DNA of 63,149 nucleotides, counting the filler, from Octopus bimaculoides (taxonomy: Eukaryota): NCBI RefSeq assembly GCF_001194135.2. It is 4 parts of 3 records of this genome, joined end to end, with 100 filler letters (N's around TTAATTAATTAA, not from the genome) between each part and the next. Parts side by side here need not be neighbours in the genome. Positions count along the whole stretch, not along the records: positions 1 to 30,899 come from NC_068981.1; positions 31,000 to 59,138 come from NC_068983.1; 2 more parts are not named here. One strand, written 5' to 3'. A model generated the notes under the pieces. That model had not been told where the DNA came from, ran no database searches, and saw nothing but the letters and a program-made list of their open reading frames with translations. Below, one piece after another: positions 22,469 through 36,230 of this stretch (position 1 is the first letter of the stretch; every line of letters begins with the position of its first letter). The position numbers and the translations under genes are program-made.

Positions 22469-22654
22469 GTAATCTGATCTGAATAATGTTACTCTGATAA
22501 TAAAACTAATTACTGATTTTGTAAACCAGTAACTTGGTTTAGGCTAGAGGAGACAGCATAAATGTAAAAGAAAACATTCAAAAAGGCATTTCAAATAGTC
22601 CTTGACACCTGTACATCTAAAGGTGACAGTGCCATGTTGCATGTATCTTTTACT

Positions 22655-23035
22655 TGTTTTGGTCACTAGACTGTGGCCATGATGGAGCACTGCATTGAAA
22701 AATTTTTAGTTGAATGAATCAACCCCAGAATTTTTTTCTTTTTAAGGCCTGGTATTTATTTTATCAGTGTCTTTTTCCCAAACTACTAAGTTATGGGGAT
22801 ATAAACGCACCAACAGTAGTTGTGAAGCAGGGTGGGGTTGAAACACAGACACAAAGGCACACACGCATAGATATATATATACGATGGGCATTTTTCAGCT
22901 TCCATCTACCATTCACAAAGCTTTGGTCGGCCCCAGGTTATAGTAGTAATCACTTGCCCATGGTGCCACACAGTGGAACTGAACCTGGAGCCATGTGGTG
23001 AGGAAGCAAACTTCTTACCACACAACCACACCTGC
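22655..23035 (-). mobile_element. SINE family B copy
   Basis: Same blocks as 37343-37760 (tttacttgttt...agtaatcacttgcccatggtgccac). Confidence 0.8.
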
Positions 23036-23162
23036 ACTTTTAAAATAGTTAACAAGACTCCCTTGTAATTTCTAGCAGAGATTGAAACCTCCACCTTGTA
23101 TTTGGTTACTTACAAACACCTTTACCCACAAGATGTAAAGAAGCAGCTTTCTTAACTCACTT

Positions 23163-23201
<39 letters not shown>

Positions 23202-24301
23202 AACACTTCCATCAAAATTACAAATATTCCTGCTCCTCTGAATCAGCACAGTGTGTATCATGACCCTTTCAATCTCTGTGGTGCATAGCTGGCCTTGCAT
23301 TGCTTCATTTATGAAGTACAAGCGGCATTCATTGATTGACAACTAATTATCAAAATTGTCTTTCAATTTCCAAAGAAGGCTGTAGTTTTTCTCTTTCCTT
23401 GTGAATTAAAGATGGACTATGGTTGAGAAAATTGTTTTTGAAGCTGCCACTGCACATATCAATGTAACATTATTCTGATTCTGTGGTACCTACATGGAAT
23501 GTTACTGTTGCTTTATAGATAATTAATTGGCTTAAACCTAGCTTAAATTGAGAGGCTTTTTTTTTTGCTGTAATTTTATGGTGGTACCCTTTGAATATGC
23601 TTATTAAGGCTTTACTATACTTATCTAATGCACAAAAATTTGTGTGGTGTGATATTAGATTGTTAAGTTATCATCCTATGTCTAGAGTTCTAAATTTGGT
23701 TTTAGCCAGCTGACATACCTCAACTCCATTGTAGTTACTCATGATAATGTCAAATACTTTATTCACATTTTTTCCTATATTGAACCATCTTTGAAAAGCA
23801 AACTACAGGCATTATTATTTAGTGGGCAGAGTGATATATGTAATTAAAACCCTTGAAAGTGACGACCCATTTGCTGAAGTGAAGAGATATAATACTGGCT
23901 AAAGAAATGCCAAAATATATTGGGAAACAGATGTCAGGGAACTCACCTACTGAAAAGTTATGTTTTTATTGCATAATTCATAATAAACTAGATAAACAGC
24001 TGTTCAAATTTTAAAACAAACTATTCTACTTTAAATGCTGTTATAGATAAATTTAGATAAATAGACACTTAATTTGATGAGAGACACTACTGCTAAAAGT
24101 GTTTCAGTAATAGACATTTAAAGTGGATGTTTAGAGATTACAATATTATAATAATGTTGTAAAAAATAATGTTGTAAAAAAAGAAAGAACAATATTTTTT
24201 TACAAGTTAAACAATGAAGCATAGCATTGACAATGAGCTTTACAAGCCCTCCCCAATTAATATGATTGATTCAGGTGATGCTCAGTTTGACCATGTATAG
24301 G

Positions 24302-24861
24302 CAGGGCTGGTTTTAAGCCAATTAGACAGATTTATTCAAATTGGACCTTGGGTCAAGCAGAGGATGCTATGATGAATTGAATATTTCCTGCTGTTTTTAT
24401 TGCCCTGAGGATTTACTTAACAATGCCTATAATTGGGTGAAAGGAGTTTTTTCAAAATTAAAACTGATTAAAACATACCTTTGGTCAACAATTTCACATG
24501 AAAGACTAAATAATTTGGCAATGCTATCTATAGGAAATGACATTACAAAAATCATTGACTTTGAAGTGATTTTAAAAAATTTCTTGAATTAAAAAAAAAG
24601 CCTGTTTTTAGAAGGCTTATTCACAAACAGTTTGTCAGTAATTATCTTGACTTGTAATAAAATATTAAAACTTTGATATGAGCTTTCAATTTTTAGTATA
24701 TCATTGTGGCTAATAGTGGAGCCTCAAGTTCTCAATGCTTTTTGGCTGAGACTGGCATACTACACAAAACATAAAACATAAAAAAAACATCAATCTCCAG
24801 TTTTAGAAGGCCCCACTGACAATTTTCTAATTGGGTCCTGCACTTCCTAGAGCAAGCCCTG
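24302..24861 (+). mobile_element. 560-bp non-autonomous hAT element retaining the transposase C-terminal dimerisation segment
   Basis: FSKLKLIKTYLWSTISHERLNNLAMLSI (hATC motif); imperfect TIRs cagggct...; TSD tgtatagg/tgtacagg. Confidence 0.85.
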
Positions 24862-26729
24862 TGTACAGGAAAAATATATGCATTGTGATAGAATGATTCA
24901 TGGGTGGTGACATCAGGAGACAAGCTGGTCTGATAGCTTGCAAGAGAGTGAGCTCTATTTAAGGCAACCCAAGGAGTATGTTGTAATGTTAAAACATGTT
25001 GTATAAGGCTGGGGAAGGAAGAGTCAGATGTGGTGATGACGTCTACAATTTCTAATTCCTAGATAGACTAGGGATCAGAATGGCTTATTATGACTGAAAA
25101 GGAAGACTTGTGTCAGTGAAGTATGGAAAATGTAAGAGAAATTAATTGATATAGATGATTACTGACTCTAAAACTTACTGTATTCTGTGTCTGAATCTGA
25201 TAAGGTTTATGGCATTTTTGAACTTTGAACTTTGCCTAATGTGAAAAATATAAATTGATATAGAAAACAAAATATTGATGTAATTCTGTTTTGGAATAGT
25301 GATTGGTCAGATTTTGTTGACCACATGGGCAATATTCAAGTGAATTGTGACATCGGTGATTGCTGAATATTCCCACTACAGTTACTTGAATATGCTAAAT
25401 GTATTACCTTAGATGGAAATGTTCTCCCTCCTCCCATTTTCACTATCAACTACAACTACTACTACACCTGTACAATTACAAATAATTCACATCCTCTACT
25501 TTTTACCTTCTGTCTCTTCCTCTTCTTGCTGCTACCTCCTGTGTGAGTGTTTTCATATTGAGGTAGCGCTTGGAATATAGAGAGCACTACTCTAAATGGT
25601 GTGCAGTTACCAACTGTTTTCATAACAAGGGATTTATTTTCCTCCTTTACTCTACATCCGTATATGTATGTACACGAATATATATATTTATATCTGAAGC
25701 TCTCCATTGCTACTCTGAGTATGTGTGTTTAGTGTAATTAATATAGACATATATAAATATAAATATGTGTGTTTAAGAAGATAGATAGATAGAGAGATAA
25801 TTATAAATCAATCGTCATCATCAATACTAATAATACTCATTGATAGTTTTTAGGTCATATCAATAAATATGCAGCTACCTTACTTGGAATTAACCAATGT
25901 TCCATCTGTAATTAATTGATGGCTAAACAGTATTACTGTTATTGATATTCATTTATTGATATTTATTTATGTATTGTATACAAATGAGAAATTCTGTTTT
26001 GCTTTAGTAAGTATTTTTATTTTGAAAATCAATATTTATTTTATTATTTTGTATAAAATAAAATTATAATTATTTTATCAACAATAGCAAAAGTATATTT
26101 CCAATATTACCAGTCATATGATGAATAACACTGTAGTAAAATAATTATCACCACCACCAAAAACTAGGATGAACAGTCAGAGCTCCCTAAAAGCATACCC
26201 TGCAATTTTAAAAAGGGTTACTTTGAATAATGCAGCCTCAGTTGCTCACTGCTAAAAAAAAAAATTAACCCATTACCTCCCATAATTCTATTAACTGGAA
26301 TTTTTTTTATGAAACTTTGATTTCTAGCATAAAACAGCCTTAGAAACACGCTGGAATTATCAAAATAACATTTTAAATAGAAATAAGCGAGATATTGGGT
26401 GAAAAATTAGCAAAAAGGTAGTAGATATAGCAAAAAGGTTAGATATGTGTAAATATTGACAGATAATTACGAAATTTGTAATTTTTAAGTGATCTCATAT
26501 GAGATCACTGGTAGGTAATGGGTTAAGATGAAATAATAATAAAAACCAGAGGCTACACTGCGTGGTTAGGAGACTCACTTTGGGTTTAGTCCAACTGCAT
26601 GGCACCTTGGGCAAGTATCTTCTGCTATAGCCCCAGGCTGACTGACACCTTGTGAGTAAATTTGGTAGATAGAAACTGGATAGAAACCTATCCACTATCT
26701 TCCCAACAATAACCTTGGGCACCTTTTTG

Positions 26730-26930
26730 AATTTCATGTGTTTAACACTCATTGACATGCTTACAAAATCAAAAAACAGCACAGCACCTATAACTTTCAG
26801 AAACATTTTTTCATGATCAGAATTACTGAAGCATGGAATAAATTACTTGCATCAGTTGTTAGTTGTTAAGACACTACATCCTTCAAAACTTTCAGGCTTC
26901 CTAAAATTCACCAACAGTACACCTGATGCC
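26730..26930 (+). mobile_element. 3' fragment of a CR1/L2-type LINE
   Basis: Translates approximately as HAYKIKKQHS...FRKHFFMIRITEAWNKL...SFK, the typical CR1/L2 terminus. Confidence 0.55.
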
Positions 26931-29119
26931 TCCTAACCCTTTTTCTTCTTCCTTCTGTTTTTAAAAGACTTTTTCACTGTTCACTTCCTGTGCATATTCT
27001 ATGCAGTTTTGGTTACTTTTTCTTATGATTTGTGCATCTGAGCACTGTACACAATAAGTTCACAATATGTGTGTGTGTGTGTGTGTGTGTGTATCTTAGT
27101 GTTTTTCTCTTCACCACTTGACAACCAGCAGTTTGGCAAAAGAAACCACAGCCAGACTTAAAGAAATAAGTACTGGGATTGATTTCTTTGACTTAATCAT
27201 GGAAGGCAGTGCCCCAACATAGCTGCAGTCCAATGACTGACACAAATATCAATGATAAAAACAGTTATAGCTTGAATGTCTTTCATCGTAATCTACTTAC
27301 TTCTCTCTTCAGCCATACTATGTCCTATTCCAGGAATCCACTCTCACCGGTATTCCCCACCCATACTTCACAGAATATTAACATTTTGAATTCTCTGCCC
27401 GCACATGTTTTTCTGTTTCTACGGTTGTCAACTTTGACAGTTTAAGCAAAATGTTAGTGAGATCCATCTTATTGATCTTAGAGGCCAGCAAAGCCATAGA
27501 ACTGCCTTTTCTTATCAGGTTAACAAATATTTAAAATTGGTGGTTGACATGGGGCGAAACAACAACAAAAACCCCAAATAAAAAAGCACCACACACACAT
27601 GCCTTTTGAGGAGCTGTTATTGTAATAAGATTCAAACTTAGTGTCCCTGAAACTACATACATATATACTTCCAAACAATACTCATTCAATCAGGACAAGC
27701 ACTGAAAAATACACAAATAGCCTTACTGGCCCCCAAATATTATGTGTTAAAATACATACCACCTCCAAGTGAAGAGGTGCTCTGTAACCAGCTCTAGAAT
27801 CTGCTGTTATATAAAAATAGACTAGACACTGGAGAGTGCAAAATGTCCAATTGTGTTACAGCTCATAAATTCATCACTGTACGTTGAAGCATGCTGTATA
27901 GTCCTCAGTTAAGAAGACCTAGTATAGCCAGGAAAATTAATCTATGAGTTGCCCTTCAACATTCAGCTGATTACTTGCATGCCATAGGACTTCTTGATCA
28001 TGGTTGATCTAAGGCTACACGACAACAGTAAACAGATACATCATCATATCTCTTGTTTGGTTTAGAAACACACACACAAACACAGATAGCAACAATACTA
28101 ACAGCACAATTCATCCCTAACATGCTGAGACACATAAAATCAATAAGTGTGGAGGAGCAGCAAGTCACACTTTGATTGAGTTTACTTTACCCACCTTCAC
28201 TGTAACTACCCAGAATCTAAAGATATGGGCCATACCAACCACATTTACTTGAGCACAATGTGATCTACCCACCACAACTTATTGTACCAAAAAACTATAT
28301 ATTTTATCCATTTATTTTTTCTTACACCTGTAAAACCCTCCAGTAAGTTGAGGGTTCACCCTCACACATCTCTCTTTTCAAATAGGGGTATTCATGTAGC
28401 TTCCCTTCAGCAAGATACCTGTTCCTGTGTCTCTATCATGCTTTAATCTCTTATCACCTGGCGCAAAGCCATCTCCCTCAGTTGAGGAGTTTGTTTTGCA
28501 AGTTATTTAGGGACTTCACTGTTGATAGTGCCATATAAAAGGAACACGGTAAAGTGGTTGGCATAAGGAAAAGCATCCAGCAATAGAAATCATGTTGATC
28601 CAGTCCTCTGGCTCACCAGCTCTTGCTGGACTGTCCAACTCAAACCAACAGGAAAATGGACATTAAATAGTGTTAATGATGATGATGAATCCTACTGCCC
28701 TCCCTACTTTGGCTGATGTTCTGATTTAAATTTCTCAAATTAAACATGAGTAAATATGGCATTTATTCAGTTAACTTCATGCTTGCCATATAACTTTTTA
28801 ATCAGAATTCACGTAGATCCACACAACTACAAACATACAGAAACAGTGATTAATGGAGGTAGTGCAACATGCACAGACTGCACTATACAATTAAGCACTT
28901 TATGTCAGTAGGTGCTATGTCATCAACTAGATGAAGGTACACTATATCCAGAGTTATAGATCTGTGGATTGCATTTAGCCAATTGGCTACCACCTTGTGT
29001 CTATATTTATTATAGGTTAGCTTGATAATCATTGACTATTTTTTACGTGTTAATGTCATCTCTAGAAATTATTACCAGCACTGATTTTGATATGATGTTT
29101 CATATCCAAGACAATGATA

Positions 29120-29565
29120 TCATCATCATCATCATCATCGTCGTCGTTTAACGTCTGCTTTCCATGCTAGCATGGGTTGGACGATTTGGCTGAGGACTGG
29201 TGAACCAGATGGCTACACCAGGCTCCAATCTGATTTGTCAGAGTTTCTACAGCTGGATGCCCTTCCTAACGCCAACCACTCCGAGAGTGTAGTGGGTGCT
29301 TTTACGTGCCACCGGCATGAAGGCCAGGCAGGTGGTACTGGCAACAGCCACACTCAAAATGGTGTATTTTACGTGCCAGTTCGGCGGCACTGGCAACGAT
29401 CTCACTCGAATGTCTTTACACATGCCATCCGGCACAAGTGCTGGGAAGGCGATGCTGGGCACAGGTGCCATCCCGATTTCGCTTTCGCTTGCCCCAACAG
29501 GTCTTCGCAAGCCGAGTTTCATGTCCAATGAAGGAGACGACGTCGGCATGGGTGCCAGTCGTCAA
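29120..29565 (-). mobile_element. SINE family C (tail ...ggaaagcagacgttaaacgacgatgatg)
   Basis: (CAT)n tail; the body block catcgtttaacgtc(c)gctttcca(t)gct is repeated at about 30045-30140. Confidence 0.7.
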
Positions 29566-30943
29566 AATGCATTATTTCAGGAGTTTTTGCTCTTTCGTCA
29601 GCACCCATCCAACCCATTAATCATCCATGAACTCATGGCTTAAATAGCCACTACATACAGAGAACCTTGACAAGGTTTAATATACTTTGTAGTATATTAT
29701 AGTTGCAAAATGAAGTACTGTGTCCTTACAAGTCATTAATATTGACTTTTTTTTTCTCTCACTACAGGTCTAATTTTAATTAATTCAAATTGTGGCTCAT
29801 TACATTATGTTATTGCTCACTTGACTATTTGTTGTACATGCACCTGGGATCCTTGGGTATATTCCACAAACTACAAGCGTAACAACAGTCTACACTTCCT
29901 CGAAGGAGGTCAGGATAACAATACTGGAAATCCCTTTGATGTTTGTTTCATATAACATCTGTATTTCCATGCATGGCTTGGACAGGAGTTAGTTTTTGTA
30001 GCTGGATTTTTAATGTCAGATGTATTTTTGGTCACCACCCCTTACATCATCATCGTCATTTAACGTCCGCTTTCCAAGCTGGCATGGGTCGGACAGTCTG
30101 AATAAGGGCTGGCAAGCCAGAAGGCTCCACCAGGCTCCTATTTCCTTAAGTAAGGAATCTGTATTCCAGAAGAATTAAAAAATGCAGAGCTAGTATATGA
30201 TTTGATGTCAACAAACTCACTGGTTGCACCCCACTCACAAAAGAGTTGTAGAATAAAATATATCTGCTTTACAAAAAACTATATTAAACTTTCAAAATTT
30301 TATTTAAACATTGAAGTGAAACAAATATGATTTTTAAAATTAAAAAAATAAAACTTTATTTTCAATGAAAATAAAAAATACAAATGAATAAAACTTTTAG
30401 TTACATTTATTCACATTATTTTGAATTAATTATATATTATCTTGGAGCTTTGAGATTTTGATGATATAATTCTTTATTTTTAGAATGACAGTGATTGCAG
30501 GCTAAATAACAATATCTTAAGCAGTAACAGTTGTCACAGGCTGTACTATCATCTACTCCTTTGATGTAAATATAAATATACATAATATGACCTCACACTG
30601 ATCTGTGTTCCTGATAAATTCTTAAATTTGAAAAATTATGAATAAATTATACCATGATATTGCAAGCGCACGTTTAAACACTGCTGTGTTTCTTTCAACT
30701 TTTTTCTTAAAACCTAACGAATTTGACCAGCATGTTGTACTGCTGCCTCTCCCTCTCCCTCCCTATTGTATTCTCTCTCTCTCTCTCTCTGAATCACCAC
30801 TTCCACCATTTCCTCTTCGACTCACGCGCGAACCCCAAACATGTAACCAGCTCGCTTTCCAACTCCACCACAATTTCGTACTGGAATCTCTATGCTAATN
30901 NNNNNNNNNNNNNNNNNNNNNNNNNNNNNNNNNNNNNNNNNNN

Positions 30944-30955
30944 TTAATTAATTAA
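30944..30955. other. Assembly placeholder: six-frame stop linker TTAATTAATTAA inside a 44N+12+44N gap
   Basis: Identical 100-bp construct at 30900-30999, 59139-59238 and 60720-60819. Confidence 0.95.
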
Positions 30956-33900
30956 NNNNNNNNNNNNNNNNNNNNNNNNNNNNNNNNNNNNNNNNNNNNA
31001 TATATATATATATATATGTATATGTATATATATATATGTATATACACGCCTACATTTATACACATACGCATATACAACATATATAAAGACAAACGAATTC
31101 TCACTTCTGCGAAGATAACCATCTAGATTGATTTACTTTAGATTAACTATTTTTGTTCATGAGATAGATAAATAATTGAAAAGAACAAACTAAGACAACA
31201 AGTCTTATTTCTCATTTCCGGCATGTTAACATCTCTTGGTAAATGTTTCCTCAAAATGTGCGATATGACGAGATTTATTCATTGAAATTCATTGAAATAC
31301 ATCTGTAAACGTCATATGATAAGATTTATATCTTATTACGTACTTAAAAACCAGTTTCTGTTCTTTTGTACTGGCAAGGTATGTATCATCTCTATCATAG
31401 GTCATCTGATAATCTAACAAGGGCGCCTCTTCTACGTAGTTGCTAGTAATAGCAACCAAATCCCTTTAAAATCAGAGCGCATATTACATGATGTTTCCCG
31501 AATAATAATCACGCGCTGCTTTCGCTGATTTCCATAGCTCTTTGTCGCCATCCAATTCCATTATTAATTTAAATTGGGAGCTTGAGTCATAGGGAATCTT
31601 CCATTAGCTGATTACATAACTTTGGACGCCGACACTATGGATTACTCTTTTGATAAAGCTTGGTGATCCTGGTCGTTGATCTTCAAGGATTTCTTCGTTC
31701 AGCATCAATGTAAGAAGCATCGTTGGTTCAGTTGAGCCCGTTCGCTACCTCTTTACTATCCGCCATGTTGCAGTCGCATGACTTCACCGTATCAAAGTGG
31801 CTGAACGAGTGCTATGCCTTGCCAAAGGACAGTCTGTAACTGTGCAGGGTACAGTCACCCCCTCCGTGAGCTATTGTCATAATACCCGCATACCAAAACC
31901 GCCCGTAAAAGAATGATGATGATAATATTGCAAAAGGCCAGAAATTTCGAATAAAAGAACGGTAGAGCCTTAACGAAATGAAAAGCTGATTATAGACAGA
32001 ACATTTTGAACCGGTGTTTATCATAGTTAAGAGGAGCATCTTCTACTCTGGAGAAGCTGCTATTTTGAATAATTCTAATAGAATCACTGGTCGGAGATCG
32101 ACAGTTCAGCATACGTCTAGAGATGCAATGCTTGGATACATTGTCAATGTTGCATTCTGAAGTTTCTGAGTGTTTAGGGTCCAATAACATTTACCCACAC
32201 CCAGGTGATCCGACTTAGACTGAGGTCAATTTTTCCTTTCATCTTTTCGTGGTCGATAAATAAAGTAACAGATGGCGGATTGGTGGAATTGTTAGAGCGT
32301 CGGACAAGAGGTCATCTGGTATTTGTTCCGGATCTTTGCCTTCAGCGTTTTTGGTTCTTAAACTTAATCTGTCACTCAGTTTAACACCATCACTTGATCC
32401 TTGACTACCTTTAACGGAGTTTACTCTGTAGCAAGCGTCGAGGCCAAGTTTCCTGTGTGAGAATAACTTCCTTCATATACCAGTCACAAGAATTTAGGAT
32501 CATGGAGACTGTCTGTTATTCCTCAAGGAGCAAAAAAAAAAAGCAAAAAATAAAGAAGAAGAAGCAAAACAAAATAAAACATAAGAAGGAAAGCGAAACA
32601 AACATACTGAACGTTGATACTTAGATATATAGATTACGAGAGACAATATAGTCACGGTAGAAAAAAACAAAGGTACTAGTTTGCATGTTGTTGGACTATT
32701 GGTTGATGACTGAGGTTTGTATATAAGCCAGAGCATATTTTGGGACATGTGGTTTATAATGGTTGTATGTGTAACAGTATCATCGTCTCAAATATGTAAG
32801 TAGTACTCTAATGCGAATCATGTGTTTTGGATGGAATAGTTTTATGCTCTAAAGAGATAGACAAACGTTTGAGAAGAATTCTTGGCAATATTATAGATGC
32901 GTGGTCGATGTGAGACACCAAGAGATATTGTAAGGCCTAGATTTTGCAGAGAATCGGTGGTTTTAATTGAGGATTGTTTGTAAGTAGGTAACATGTAATG
33001 TTGTAGGTGGTTGCTCTTTATATATGTAGGTTGTTACATTGCCAGTTGTCAATGTCTCTTTTCGTAGAAACAATACATATCTGGTCAGAGTAGTCTAGAT
33101 TTGGTATGGATTATATTCAGTGTGCAGTAAGTTACGGAGAATTAAAGAGTAATATTATCTGAAGGGAGACCGTGTAGTTAAAAGTTTCGCCAAGACGGTC
33201 GTTAGTGTACCGAGAAAATTGTGCTGGAAACATAAACAAACCTTCAGGCACACTAAAATTGACACCTGAGTTTATTATATGATGGTCAGAACGTACCTTA
33301 TCTATATGCACACGATTGGGGGCGAAATAATTTGAAAAGGAAGAGTTAAACTTATAGTGGCGATTGTTCTTTCAAATATAATAGTTAAACCAGGTGCATT
33401 ACTTGTATTTTAAACAAATTAAAAATGTTTTCCCCCAAAAAATCTCTGATGCGCTTAAAATATGATAGGATAGACATTGTTTGATCAGTGATCATGATTG
33501 GTGATGCATCAGTGACGATAACAATTCCGTTGTATAAGTCTTCCAATTTTTTTTTGTAATTTTCATAACAATTTGACATAGAAGTGTCTGTGGGTGGCTG
33601 GCTGCATTAGCTCACGTAAGTCAAAAAAGAAGCACATGCTATATTACTACTTAAAAAAAAATACCAATCGGCGGAAGAGGCACTGATCTAGAGAATATTT
33701 ATTCTCATTACCGAAGGAATGGTAAACAACGATAATATATCTGAAATAATAACATGTATACACACAGAATTGATGGACAGATCTTCGTTTATTTTTAAGC
33801 TGTCAGGTGTAACATGTTGAGCCGTGTCTAAAACTGACACGTTTTGATACAACAAAAAACGTATTATTTTCATTTGCTATCTATTTCCAAATTGTCATAA

Positions 33901-34243
33901 TATCTTTAAATGTTCCTTCTGTATCCTATTATTTGATTCAATTTTTTTTATTACCACCCACAATGAACGCATAGGCGAAGTAAAGGAAAGAACTATAACT
34001 CTTTCAAAGCTATCAGTGACGTTCATTAGGTTATTGTTTTTAGTTTCCGAGCTTTAGAATAGAAATCTATAAATTAACATGTTTTTAAAAAAATTATTAA
34101 ACCCTTCAAGCCGATTTTATTGGACCGCTTTAGCGACACATAAATACGGATCTAGATATTTGTGTGGATGTAAAAATAAGAATTTGCAAGGTTGAGCCTC
34201 CAACCAAGCCTTTCGCGACATCTTGTATATATATACCACCCTC

Positions 34244-34280
<37 letters not shown>

Positions 34281-34284
34281 ATAT

Positions 34285-34326
<42 letters not shown>

Positions 34327-34935
34327 TATATATCTTTCCCGCTCTCTATATAGATATATAGATATAATAGACAAACATAAAAAGTTTCCTCTACTTGTCT
34401 ATTGGTCATGTGATGTGTCGTCTGCTCTTTACATCTAGTAACATGATACAATATGTCGTCTGTTCTTTACATTAGGTCACGTGATACATCATAACTGTCT
34501 TCCAGCAGTATATCTATATTTAGGGAAGTGAAGTGGTAGAATCGTTAGAGCGTCAGGCAAAATGCCTTACGGTATTGGTTCCGGCTCTTTACCTTCTGAA
34601 TTCAATTCCAGCTGAGGCCAAAGCTCATACATTCAGCATCGATAAAAATAAAGTACGCTTTAAGTAGTAAGCTCGATTTAATCGACTAACGATTTGTAGT
34701 TTCATTCAGTGGGATAACATTGTACAGAACCCTCAAATCCTTGTCATATTGCACGTCTGTGACGACAGGTTAAGTGACACACCAGTTGCAGTACACTACT
34801 GTCACATCAATATTACCAATCTGTAACAACGATTACTGACAGAAAATGTATGTATGTATGTATGCACGTCTGTATGCATGCTTATATGTATGTATGCATG
34901 TATGCATATATGTGTGTACATAAGCGTGTGTGCGT

Positions 34936-34980
<45 letters not shown>

Positions 34981-35959
34981 NNNNNNNNNNNNNNNNNNNN
35001 NNNNNNNNNNNNNNNNNNNNNNNNNNNNNNNNNNNNNNNNNNNNNNNNNNNNNNNNNNNNNNNNNNNNNNNNNNNNNNNNNNNNNNNNNNNNNNNNNNNN
35101 NNNNNNNNNNNNNNNNNNNNNNNNNNNNNNNNNNNNNNNNNNNNNNNNNNNNNNNNNNNNNNNNNNNNNNNNNNNNNNNNNNNNNNNNNNNNNNNNNNNN
35201 NNNNNNNNNNNNNNNNNNNNNNNNNNNNNNNNNNNNNNNNNNNNNNNNNNNNNNNNNNNNNNNNNNNNNNNNNNNNNNNNNNNNNNNNNNNNNNTATATA
35301 TACACATGTTTGCGTATACACATATGCACACGTGTGTAAAAACATACAAATACCCATACATTCTTATATACATATGTATGTATATAACGCATATTTCTAC
35401 ATATACATTTATGCGAATATATAATGTACACGTATGTCCTTTATACGCTTACATATATGCAATGTTTTTATATGTATTTTACATGACCTGTATTCGCATA
35501 TACACACGCACATACATAAATGCGTGTATTTAGAATAATACATGCGTTAGTGTATATAACCATTCAAATACAGGCATGCACGCATATATTCTTAAATAAA
35601 TGCATACACATATGCACATATAAAAATACGTATATATGATAATTACGCTCAAATAGGATTAACATTAAAGTTTACAGTATGTGATGTAAAATATAACTGA
35701 ATAGGGCATAAATAGTTATAACGGTAAAATATGTCTCTTTGTCAGTTGAACTGGTGATTGTCGTCTAGTATAAGGAGAGTTGGTGTGTATATTGTAATAT
35801 AAAAAAAAAACAGCAGGAAGTGGTGCACAAGACTGTAATGGAAAGAAAGTGGTGTCCAGACTGTAATACGAAAAGAAAAGAAAACATAGAAGAAACCTGA
35901 GTTTAGTGAGTTGGTGGTGTAGACTATATCAGACGTGTAGAGGTTTGAGCCTGTGAAAA

Positions 35960-36230
35960 CTGATATATATCATCGGGGCAGAAAACAGAGTAGGGCCCAG
36001 CTTGTAAAATGATTAGAAAGTCGATGAAGGTGAAGCACTGAGTAGAAGTTTGAAAGTCTCCATAGATGAATAGGGGCATGCAGATTGTTATCCAGTTGGT
36101 AGTTTGAAGAATCGTAGAAGGAACTTTGATGGGGACATGAGGAAATCAATTCCGATTTAGAATTTAATAGTTTTGGAGGTTGAGTGAGGATGTTGAATTT
36201 CTCAGCTAAGCAAAAATACATATATGTTTC
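35960..36230 (-). mobile_element. 3' terminal fragment of a Naiad-type PLE
   Basis: CLAEKFNILTQPPKLLNSKSELISSCPHQ matches the Naiad C-terminal C.LCL.EK..I...LLN.RSE..SKC.H. Confidence 0.7.

Noticed and set aside
25559-25594. let-7-like seed TGAGGTAG with a small hairpin
   Set aside because: Only the 8-mer matches, and the stem is about 12 bp with mismatches, too short for a pre-miRNA.
29768-29908. Strong acceptor ttttttttctctcactacag followed by an open frame
   Set aside because: The peptide is unrecognisable, the donor is weak and no linked exon was found.
31400-32200. CpG-richer, coding-looking segment
   Set aside because: Frames translated by hand close within about 75 codons and show no motif I can name.
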